Positions 37,814 through 49,100 of a DNA stretch of 64,000 nucleotides are shown in pieces. The notes below the pieces were generated by a model. It saw only the letters and a list, made by a program, of their open reading frames with translations. It was not told the DNA's origin and made no database searches. The position numbers and the translations under genes are program-made. Source of the stretch: Amoebophrya sp. A120. Its lineage: Eukaryota > Protista > Dinoflagellata. The stretch's first letter is position 1. Each line of letters starts with the position of its first letter. The stretch spans positions 2,312,998 through 2,376,997 of the forward strand of contig CAJINV010000002.1 in NCBI GenBank assembly GCA_905178155.1, written 5' to 3'.

Positions 37814-38991
37814 CTTGGTTGCTGTCGGTTTCTGATGCTAAACAAGTGAGAGTACAACTCCTGTAGATGAAGGAAGTGAAGTTCTATCTTCAACGGAAAA
37901 GTTTACTAGTCGTCGTCTCGTGGATGAAAGGTGAAAATGAAATTGAGTGTCGCTATTCTAGAGTAAATTCGTAGGTGATTTCAGTGACACAAAAATTCCA
38001 TGCGGTGAAACATTTTTTGGTACAGCCTGATGTTACAAGTAATACAGAAGTCGTGCAAAGGTAACGGACAATAAGTGCTTGTTCAGATTGATAGAATAGT
38101 TGTGATCTCGTGCTGGTGCTAGCTTGCGCAGCTGAGGCAGGGCAGAAAGTACTATGTGTTAGTTATCGTTGTTGGGATCTTCTTGCAGTTGCGCAATAGA
38201 AGAAAACTATCTGCAAATTAGGTTGATCTTCAGTGCATCATCTGTAAATTGAAATCTAACGCGAGCTGGAGATGAAAGGAACACCACGAGTCATCCATGC
38301 GCTCCTCTGACAGCTTTGAAAGAGAAAAAATCGCATCGATGAGCGGGAGCGCCGCGATGCGGAGAGCGATGGTCGGAGCTAGTGGATGTTGGCCAGGTGT
38401 ACTTTATCGTTCAAGATGAAGTTTGAGTTTCTGGTGTTTTCCACTTGAACTCCTTTTTCTTCTCAACAAGTATACGAAGTTCATTTGCGATTCTGACATG
38501 ATAACAGCGTCGTCGTATGTTGTACAGTTGCAGTTTCTAATGTGTTGCGCTACAACAGGCTCGATGCACTATGTCATTTTTTTCTTTGAAACGAGCATCA
38601 CGCTTTTTGCTCTGTATTCCTTGAGAAACTATCTGCGTCCTCCGCCGAGATGAAGGGCCATCTTACTTTGTATTGAAATTCTTGGTTGTAAAAAAGCTAA
38701 AATTCAAAACTGAGTACGCAATTCGTAAAAATATTGACTGTGCTAGGTTATAGAAGTTGCAATTGTTTTCTACTGCTCTAGGTTTGTGATTTTTGATCTC
38801 TACCTGAGACTTGCACGTTGTCTACTTCGCTAGATTTGAAAACGAGAACTACTGTAAAACCGCTCTGCTGAAAGTAGAGAGGTGTCCTGGTTTCCGTGTT
38901 CTTTGTCTTCTTCTGAAATGTTGAAGTGAAAAAACTGAGCATCTGACCCGCTACGATTTCTTTTAGTCAATTTATTTTCACCCCAGCACTA

Positions 38992-41900
38992 CTACGCCCC
39001 ACCGTTCTCGTTCCTCGCGGCGATCGCAGTCGCCTTTTTCATTTGCAGCATCAAGAACGCTTTCGCTTTCTCTTCGCTTGTATGAACTGCAAATGTATCG
39101 TACTCGTGTAAATGCATTACAAATTTTCTCAGCATGAGAAATGAAATTTGTAATGCTGATTTGCCTTGACAAAGAAATTTGTAATGCAAGACCTGCATTT
39201 ATACGAGTACGATACTTTTGCACAGCATAGCTTGTCTTCTCCTGCGCGAAAAACTTCTCTTGTAACTTTTTCGGCAGAGACTTCCAGGCGCCGGCCTTCT
39301 TGTGCGGGTTCGGGGCTTTCAATATTCTACTACTTTTACTAGTGGCCTTTGACGACGCGCTCTCCGGTTTCTTTACTTTTTGTTCCCCCGTGCTTTTCTC
39401 CTCGTTGTTCTTAGCAGTTTTTGTAACTAGTACTCCCGTTTTTTTCTGCAGCGCCGACCTCATTTCTTGCACTGCATCAGCCCGCGACGCGGTTTTTTCC
39501 AGGTGGCTGTGCACCGCTTCGCCGCAGATGTCGACACAAGTTTCATTTTCGCAGTACTTTTTGCATGGCGTCTTCTCGACGCTGGTCGACGTACTGCTAT
39601 CCGGACTCGCAGTTACTACCCCTTCTTCTGCGGTGGTTTTTGCTGCGCTATTGGTGGAGGTTTCTGATGCTGCACTACCGGTAGTTCCGCAGAGGTTCAC
39701 GCAGTTGTCGCCCTCGCAATACTTTTTGCATCCGGTGTTCCTCGTGGTCTCTGCACCCGCCTGGTTATTTGCAGCCTTGGCTGTTTCAACCTTGCTCTTG
39801 TCTACTAGTTTTGATGTCATTTTCTCCGCGTATGCTGCTGTGTTCGCAACCAGCTCCTTCTTCTTCTCATCCATGGCTGCCGTGTCATCCTCGCTGTTCT
39901 TGGCTAGCAAATCCTTCTTTTTCCTTTGTTCCAGAGCGGTTTCGGAACTGTGTAGCTGGTGTGTGTCTTCAGCACATAAGTGTACGCAGTTGTCCCCCTC
40001 GCAGTACAGTTTGCAACCGGCTTTGGAATTTACCTTCTTCTTCCTCTCTTCCAGCGCTGCCGGGGAATCAACCGCTGCAGGAGTTTCGTCTTTTTCTACA
40101 TGCGCTTCCTGCTTCGTAGAGGTTGTAGCGGGAACACGAGCAGCGGGTGTAGTTGCTGCTGCCTCAGCATCGTGACAGAGGTGCACACAATTGTCACCGT
40201 CGCAGTACATCTTGCAGCCTGCTTTTTTGTGTAATGTCGCACTTGGACTTGTTTCCGCGGCTTCTGGTTTTGTTGATGGTGCTACATCACTGACAGTAGG
40301 TTCCTTATCTTCACTGGTATTGTCAACAGTCATCTTCTTCTTCTGTTCCAACGCTGGAGTTGCATCTACCACTGCTTCTTCCGGCGATTCTTCTTCTTCT
40401 TTTTCCCCATCACAAATGTTCACGTGTACACAGTTGTCTCCTTCACAGTACAACTTCCGAGGACACGGGCTTGCTTTTTCGAAAGAATCATGCTCCTGCG
40501 CAACTGATTTCTTCTTTCTCTCCTCGAGCGCCGGCGTGCCAGTTGATTTTGGTCTTGGTTTCGCCGCAGATGAAGTGCTACTTTCTCCACGACCTGCCGG
40601 AACAAGCAGGTGCACGCAGTTGTCGCCCTCACAGTAGAGCTTGCCACCCTGGGAAGAGGATGAAGAAGCGTAGTCCGCGGACGCAGCAGCGACATCGATT
40701 TCAACGGGGGCCGATGTCTTGGAGCTGCTAGTACTCGTAGTAGAATCGAGATCGACAGATTTCTTCTTTTTTTCTTCCAACGCCGCTGGCGCAGCTGCGG
40801 AGGAGGAGTCAACATCTTCACTAGCAGCAGGAGTTGGTTTCCCAAGCTGCACACAGTTATCGCCTTCGCAGTAAAGTTTCGTAGCTCCTTCGTCGGACGA
40901 AGAGGACGATGATGACGTCGCAGTAACTTCGCTATCCACCGATGATTTGCTGCTGACTTCATCTTCCGTCTCTGCCCCCTTCAATCCGGCCGGGACGGAG
41001 ACCCACCCGCCTTTGCTTTCCTTCCTCTTTTCCAGCGCTGCTGGCGCTGCATTTTTCGGTTCTTCACCAGTTGTGTCTTCACTTGATGGTGGTCGAATGT
41101 GCACACAGCTGTCACCCTCGCAATAGAGTTTTGTAACTTGTTCGTGAGAGGAACTACTATCAGGTGCTGTGCTAACACCATCGGATGATGTGGCGTCCCC
41201 GTCCTCTTCAGAAGCTAATTTTTCAGGCACGCTGGTCCATGATGTACTTGTGCTGGTGGTCTTTTTCTTCTCTTCTAATGCTGCAGGCGGCGCTGTGTCG
41301 GTTGGCAACTGGATGTGCACACAATTGTCACCCTCGCAGTACAGACGCTCTTTCGACGGTTGTGCAGGAGCTTGTTCTGCGGCATCGTCGCTTGCTGTCG
41401 TTGCATCGGTATGCTCTGGCGCAGTTTTCTTCTTTCTCTCTTCCAGTTCTGTTTCTGCTCCTGCTGAAGCTGAAGAAGGAAGATCTTGATCTACTACTTC
41501 CTCAGCCGGTGCTTCTTTTTCATTGCTACCGTTTTTACTCACCCTCACACAATTGTCACCCTCACAGTAAAGGCCTGAAGTACCACTTGTAAAAGAAGTT
41601 CTTGCCACCGTAGAAGTTGTCGCGGAGCTGCTGCTGCTGGCAGCATCGGTTTTTTTACCTTTTGAGGAAGCTGCCGGCGCACTGGCTTTTGTTTTATCGC
41701 TGGTTGAAGTAGATGATGTGCTTGTGCAAGAAAGGTTCACACAATTATCCCCCTCGCAGTATTTGCAGGACGTCTTTTCCTTTAAAGCTGAAGCGGAAGT
41801 AGCGCTACTACTTTTCGCATTGAAAACCGTAGTTTTTGGTGCAGTAGAAGAAGATGCAACCGCGGCGCTTTTCTTCTCTTTTCCTTCCTGCTTCATCTCC

Positions 41901-44425
41901 TTCGCTAGATTCTTGGGCAACGAAACCCAGCCAGACGGACTGGTGTTTTTGCTCGCGATGCTTTTCTTGTCTTTCAACACTGATGTTTTTGCTTCCGACG
42001 CAGTAGAGGATGTAGCTGTGGTCTTCTTTTTCTCTACTTCCACCTTCCTCTGTTGATGGTGAAGCTGCTCGTCCTCCTTCCGCACGAGTCTCTTCGCCGA
42101 CACCGCGGAAAAGTGATCGTTTTCTTCGTTGTCTACTTTATTCTTCGCCCCCTTCAACATTTCCGGTTTATTCGAAGATGAAAGTTCCGCTTTGAGTTCT
42201 TGCTTCAAGTCCTCTGTTATCTCCTTTTTCAACGCTTCTTTCAGCTCGTCTTTCATCTCTTCCTTCAACTCTTCCTGCACTTGTTCCTTCATTTCTGCAA
42301 CCTCTTTCTCGGACCACCCAGCGTCAAGGACAGCATGATGTTCCGCGGCCGTGGAAGACGATTTCTTCCTCGTCAGTGTCGCCACCGGTAGCGGCTCTTC
42401 GATATCTTCGCCGGAAAGGGTTTCGACCTGATCCACTGTTGTGCTATCCTCCTCCTCTACTTCTTCTTGTGCAGGCTCTGCAGCGTCATCAGGCTTGGAG
42501 GTTGCTACGAGTGGCTTCTCATTAACAGTGCTGCTTGATGGTCCGCTCGCCGCCCCAGTTCCGGCCGCAGGACCAGAAGGCGCAGTAACCCCTTCCTCTT
42601 CCTTTCCCTTTACTACTTCTACCTGCAATTTCTTCCCCTCAGTCTCATCCGGCGCAATATCGAACTTCGCGGTCGCTGTTTTCCCTGCAACGGAAACTTT
42701 CGCCTTTTCCGTTTGGGATGCAATTTCGGTGGAGAACTTTTTGGAAGTAGCTTTCGCTTCTTCTTTTTCCTCTCCTCTTTCCGACACTGTTTTCCCCGCT
42801 GCGTTCTTTTTTCTAAGACCGAGAAATTCATCGTCGTTGTCCGAAGCAAGAGAATCTTCGTCAGGTTTTTTAGGATCCGCATTTTTGTCGTGGACAGCCA
42901 CTGCAAAGTGAAGCGTTTCATCTGCAGCACCCCCGTCGTCCTGATCCACCAGGGGCATATTATCCTCGTCTTCAAACGCTTCTAGTTCATCGGCCTGGAA
43001 TGATCCCCCTGTATCTCCTCCTTCCAAGTCTTCGGCTCCTCTCCGAAACAGGCCGCTCGAGTTCGTGTCAGCTGTCTATCGAAAGAAAAAAAGTAGTTCC
43101 ACTGTAGCCTTGTTGTAATTATGTAGAAAAAGTATCTCAGAAGTGTTTGTCTTGCAGCTACACATGCAAGACAATGAATTTTTAGATGTGTTTTGCCTTA
43201 GGAGCTGCCCATCCAAGGGGCAAATTTTCTCTGTCTTCATGTAGATCAAACTCGTGATGCAAAACTTACAAAATCTCTACAGCGAAACTACCCTTTTTTC
43301 GTACGATACTGTCTCGTTTGTAGTTGTTGCTGTCTCGTTCGTTGTTGCTGTCTCGTTCGTTGTTGCTGTCTCGTTCGCTGTTGCTGTCTCGTTCGCTGTT
43401 GCTGTTTCGTTGCTGTCGGTGTTGTTAGTTGGCAGCGAGGTTGTTTCCTCGGGGGTGACATGCATTGCAAAAGTATCGTACTAATTGCAGTACAGCATGA
43501 CAAAGAAATCTTCTGGTATTTTTCTTTATATTACAGAATGACAAATCTGGTTTATAGCCAATGCAGCATTGCAAATTCCGCTCTTCCTTCTGGAAAGATT
43601 TGCAATGCTAGTTCTAGTTCTACAACTGACACGATAACGATGCATTTGCAACGCATAACCGAGCCCGAGCATGTTTCCGATGAAGTTGAAAAAGTCAAAA
43701 AACCCGTCAAAAATCCCGAACTGCAATGTCTTGGTGACCAAAACCATCTTCTGTTTCTGCTTTTGCTTCTTCTTCTTCCCATGCTGGTGTAGTTTCTTCC
43801 CCGAAGAGGCTACTGCTGCTGCATCTTCCTCCGTTTCGATCAGCTCTCTTCCCTTTTCCGCTAGCATTTCGACGTGGTCCTGTGATAGTTTCTTCTTCCG
43901 GTCCTCTGTCTCGAAGTACCTCCGGACAGCCTCCCGCTGTTCTTCGACCGAGTAATTGAAGACCTCGTTCTCGTCCTGAACGACGCTGGGAGGTAAAAAT
44001 TCTTCTCCATTTTCTGGCTCTGGAAGCGGACCCAGCGCTTGTGCATCATGGGTCGTGTCCTCGTCACCAGTCGTCGAGTGCTGCAGCTTCAGAAACTTGT
44101 TATCTTTATGCTTTCCCTTGACATTCGTTGTTCGTTTCGCCGATGTCGTGCTATCGTGATCTACTGCTTCACGTTCCTTTTCTTTCGCGTGATTTCGATT
44201 TCCTGTTGTGGTCTTTGCTGCACCTATGTTACTCTTTCTGTCGACGTAATTCTTCTGTTTTCCCGTCTGCCACTCGAACTGCAAAGTCGTGGTAGAGGCT
44301 CTTCGCAGCGCCGCTACGTGAGTGGTCTTCGGGTCGTAAAAACTAAAAACTGCGAAAAGAAATAAACACCGTGGTCGGCAGCCCCACTGCCAAAAGGGGA
44401 AAGATGTGCGACAGGAAGCCTTCAT
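38992..44425 (-). CDS. Large putatively secreted protein with 11 YCEGDNCV-type repeats
   Basis: N-terminal hydrophobic stretch (CLFLFAVFSF), NET repeats and a 3.8-kb exon carrying the Cys repeats. Three introners. Linkage of the first exon across 43459-43657 is inferred. Confidence 0.7.
39081..39229. mobile_element. Introner family B
   Basis: Family-B TIR; TSD GCTTG. Confidence 0.9.
43077..43308. mobile_element. Introner family D
   Basis: TATCGAAAGAAAAAAAGTAGTT...AACTACCCTTTTTTCGTACGATA; TSD CTGTC. Confidence 0.85.
43309..43415 (-). repeat. 18-bp coding tandem repeat (NETATA/T), N-glycosylation sequons
   Basis: About 6 units of GTTGCTGTCTCGTTC(GTT/GCT). Confidence 0.85.
43459..43657. mobile_element. 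Degenerate family-B-like introner
   Basis: (C)ATGCATTGCAAAAGTATCG...CGATGCATTTGCAACGCATA; TSD decayed. Confidence 0.65.
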
Positions 44426-44939
44426 TTCATCATCGTTTAGTCCTGTGCCGAAGAAGTAGCCCTAGATAAAAATCTGTGTCAAACTTTGTGATTTGTGGTG
44501 CTGCTCGTGAATTATCTACAGCAGGACCCTATTGCTCTCTCGTTTTCGCTTGGTGTTCAAACCCTGCTTTGTCCCATTATTATTTCACTCGCAATGTGCT
44601 ATCAGGAGGAGTGCCGCTGGCGCAGGCACCTATTTTTCTGATATGTCATGTCGCTCTTATCAGGTACCGCTCGCACGATGAATGGTGATAGGCGATTCCT
44701 CAGCACCTTCTACTACTCCCAGCTGAGTAGAACAGGCGTGGGTCCTCAGAGCAATCGAAAACGAAAACTAGCTGCTGAAGGTTACAAGCATATCCCCCCT
44801 CGGGGACGATATTTCTGTTGCTTGACCAGCATCGCCAAACGAAACCGGGGGCAGGCAGAGCTTTCGAGACCGGCCACTAGATTGTTTGATACCCCGAAAG
44901 GAGGAAACTGCACTAGCTTGCTGCGCCGCTGCAATAAAA

Positions 44940-45820
44940 GCGCCGCCGCTTCGGGGGGGCAATGCAGCCACAAGGACCTGCGCGGCGCAAATGGGCTGTG
45001 GCTGAACGCGGAACCAGCAGCGCCCTGCCGCCCCGGGGCAACTAACAAAAAGCCCCGCCCGGGGAGGCGGGTATGGCAAGGAGCGGGGCCAGCGCGCGCG
45101 GCCGGCGCACGGGGTGCCTACACAAGGGCGGGCGCCGCCGTCCCACGCCCGCGCCCCCTTCCGATGGGAGGGGCGCGCGGCGGCCGGGCGCGCGCATGGC
45201 GGCGCCCGAAAACTCTGCGCCACAGTGCGGGCGGGCGCTGGCAGGAGGCCCGCGGCGCTGGGCAGGGCCCTGAATGGCCGGCCCACGGTTGGGGGTGCTG
45301 CGCACACTGCCAGCCCGTTAACCTTCTGCGCAAGGTCGCCACGCATCTTCGTCTCCTTCCTCCAGGGGCGGGGCGTCGTCAGTGAAAGGAATCCACCAAA
45401 GGCGGCACGCAGACGCCAAAACACACGAACGCGCGCGCCGCCCCGCATCGGCGAAGAGGCACAAAGGAAACGGGGGCGAGCGGGACGGAAGTCCCGGGAA
45501 ATGCCATGGAGAGCCGCCCACCACCCTCAGTCTTCGCACGCCTTCGCACCGCCTGCGAGATCAGAGACGTCGGGGGCCCACATTGTTAAGTAGCCAGTCA
45601 CTAACTTTCCTGCTTCACTAAATTGACAAAAGAGGCGGGCCGCTTCAGGTCCTTACCTGCACTGTTCTCTCGTCTGTGGTGGCCTCAGTACACTTTACGC
45701 CGTCCTCTCTGACTCTGTCCCGTCCAGCCACTCTGATCTCTAGGGCACAACTAGCGGCACTCTGCGCTCGCACTGCTCCCGGCGCCGGCTACTACGAAAT
45801 TATGCAATCACGTCACTGGG
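44940..45820. repeat. GC-rich island plus shared right-hand repeat
   Basis: GC-rich to about 45580; about 45500-45820 is similar to about 54100-54400. Confidence 0.6.
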
Positions 45821-46136
45821 AGCAGAAAGTCGCACGAAAGCCATCGCAACTTCTCGTCGGGAAGCAGACCGTGATGTGTAGGGATACTTACGTACGTAAG
45901 TATCTCCTTCACTTCCGCAAGGAAACATGAATTTTTCGTTCGGAACTAAAGGTCTTTTTCTAGGAAACTGAAACAATTAGAGACATCTTCAGGTAAAACT
46001 GTTTTGGTTTCGATCAAAAAAATCTTCATCCTCACGAAGCTCCAAACAGGAAAAACCCGTGGTCGTTAGATGTGAGTTGAAAAATCCTTCAGTAGCCAGA
46101 AACCAGGCATGAGAAAATTCAGCTTCTTTGACATCA

Positions 46137-49100
46137 CTATGTTACAGCCTCACCGACATAACCCCTCCTCTTCTGAACATCGTCTTCTTCTCCACCTCCT
46201 CCTCCAGCGTTCTTTCCATTTTCCTTTCGCTTTTCCTTTTCCCGAACAAACAGCCCAGTCCCATTACTAGGTCCTTTTCCGTCGATCCCTATTAAAGTCC
46301 CGTGTTGTCGGTCCACCGGGTGCATCACCGGCGTTCCTCCGCTGGTGTCGTTAAAAGGTGCCCCGGATCCGTTTGTTCCGTAGTAATCAACACCTTCTCG
46401 ATAAACCCCGTCTAGACTTTCCTCTAACCCAGTCCCGTTATCAAAAGTAAAAATGTCTGGGTCTGGAAGAGTGCGCGATTTGTCATGCTGCTTTTCCATG
46501 ACCCATGGGGTCTGGAATGCAGGACCTAGCATGTGAGATTCTGCGAGACCTTTCTAATGCCTATCCTGCATGAGAAACTCGCTCCCGACTTGGTCAAAAC
46601 TGGACGACTTTTGGTAATCATGCAACACAGATTCAGATTTTTGCATGCTGCAGATTTAGCATAACAAGTTGCAATCTTCCAGACCCAGACATTTTTATAT
46701 TTGATACCCATCCACGTTTCCCGATTCCTCCGGGGTTGCCGCGTCTTCGCTACTTGTATCAAATGTAAAAATGTCTGGGTCTGGAAGAGTGCAAGTTTGT
46801 CATGCTTGTCTAGCATAACTCTTAAATCTGTTATGCACGTTACCCAAGAGCTCCATTTTTCTGTGATGCAGAAACGCAGTTTGTCATGCAGAATAGGCAA
46901 CACCTGGAATCTCAGAAACTTGTCATGCTGAGCCAGCATTTGTGGCCTCATCATGAGACGCCACCCAGCATCACAAGTTTCCAGACCCAGACATTTTTGC
47001 ATTTGATAACTTGCCGCCGAATCGTAAGCTGTTTCGTTGGTCTCGTTTTTGTTTTGATTTCTCCTCCGCCCCCGCCTGGAAGAAGTAGAAAGAGACTTCT
47101 TCTCATTTTGCAAAAGCAGCGCCGCCTCGTGCATCACCACTTGACTCTCGCCAAACTCCTCATCCTGCGGGTTCTCCGCGTCAACATTCCCGGAGAGCCA
47201 GTCCAAAGTTGCGTTTGCGATTGGGTGAATGCCCGCGATTTTATCGTATGCGTAGTTGATGGCAAGTTCGACAAGTTGCAGAACTGGATCTTGGGACGTA
47301 TCGAGTTTGGGGACCTCGTCAGCAGAAGAAGATTTCTTTTCATCTGCAGAAGCGCTATCTCCTTCAGAGCCTGCTGCTGTTTTCTCTTTATCGTCTTCTG
47401 CTTCTGATTTCTTTTTCTTCGGTTTTATTTCGCTACCCTCGCTTTCATCTTTTTCAGACGACGCAGGCGCAGCAGCTTCTTTGTCATCTTTTTTCGACGT
47501 TTTTTTATCTGCTGTGTCCACTTCATTTGCTCCGTTTTCCTTCTCCGTTGCGGCTAGCTTTTCCACCTCTACGTGTACGTCCTCCCCCTCGCCCCAGGTT
47601 GCGGATACATTAATAGCGGCTGTAGCATTACTATTTTCCTCGAAAGCTGCGCCGGCTGCTGCTGTGTCATTCGAAGGTGCACCCCCGCCGTCGAGGTCAA
47701 AGGACGCAGTCGCAGTTACGTTCTGTTGAAGGTCAAAGGATGCAGTCGCAGCACTTGAAGCGGCAGCCTCTGCGGTTGCGTTGCTGTCGACAGACGCTGT
47801 GTCGCCTTCGGTGCTGTTGGAAGCTTCTGCAGCTGTGTCTGCTGCTGCTGTTGGGTTCGTTGCGTTTGCAGCTTCAGTTTCTTCCGCTTTATCGTCATCA
47901 GTTTGAACACTCGTCGTTTTCTTTTCCTTGTTCTCACTACTTCGCCTAGAAAGCTGTGAAGCTTCTGCGTCGTTCTTGACGAGCACCTTCTTTTCGTTCA
48001 GAGATGACGATGAGCTATGGTCGTTTTCTTGCTGTTTCAGCGGAGTGCTGACCTTATGGTGGAGGTGGTCTTTTCCGCGGCTAAAGCCGTCTTCTACCTC
48101 TTCTGGATTCTGCCGTTTCAGTTCGTCACGCGAAGAAGGAGATGCTGTTGCTTTTGCTGTGTCAACAGGTGATGAGATTGCTTCTCGTGCTGGTGCAACT
48201 CCAACGCCAACCTCCTTAGCTGCCTTATTCTCCGTACTTCTCAGCCGGATGACCCCCGCTTGCGGATCCGGATTACTAAAATGCGGAGGGCGACGTATTT
48301 CTTCTGGAGCTGCTGCTGCTGTAGCATCGGGTTGCTGTGGTTTTCTGCTTGTTTTCGCAGCAACATCTCGCATTTTTCCTGATCCTGCGCCACGCTTTCT
48401 CGCGAACAAATACCCCTCGGTACTGTTGTCCGCAGCTTCTTCGCTCCCACCGCCTTCTGCTGTCTCCGTTTCGTTTCCACCACTACCCCCTTCTGTCGCA
48501 TTGCCACCATCCCCACCACCTTCCGTCGCATTATTTCCACCCCCTCCGTCACCACCTTCTGTGGCATTTTCCCCAGAACCTGCTTCCGAGCCTTCTTCCT
48601 CTGCTCCCGTCTCCACCGCCGCCTCTCCCGGCGCAGCGGTCGTGGTAAAATTCGCCAGTGCCGGGTATGACCCGCTCAAACGTTACAATCTCAAACGTTA
48701 CACTAGAATTATGGAAATCTGTGATGCAGGAGTGCACGATCTAGCCGACTCTCATAGGATTGCGCATGACAAGTTCCGGAGCCCCAAACCCCACTACAAA
48801 AATCCGGCAAAATTTGTATTGCAGAAAGTGGAACGCTGTGCGACTCTGTCATGCTCATCATGCAAGACAGGTCTCAGATTCTATTGTAACGTTTGAGATT
48901 GTAACACCTGAGCGGGTTATACCGGAATGGTTTCGACCGGGCGCATCGCCACGAGCATCGCCTCCATTTCCTCGTCTAACGCCGTGAATTTTTCCGTGTC
49001 CTCCGCCACCTCATCGCAATACAGCTGGCCAAACCCGGTTATGCTCCCCTTGTTGCACAACAACCGCGTTTCCTTGTATTTCAGCTGCACCCCGTTATCA

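Noticed and set aside
39300-40175. Long plus-strand ORFs (also 47928-48896 and 50471-51328)
   Set aside because: Antisense shadows of repetitive minus-strand coding exons.
46439-47008. CRISPR-like pattern of ~30-bp repeats with intervening unique DNA
   Set aside because: The repeats are inverted pairs about 250 bp apart flanked by TSDs, the intervening DNA is exon, and no cas genes are present.
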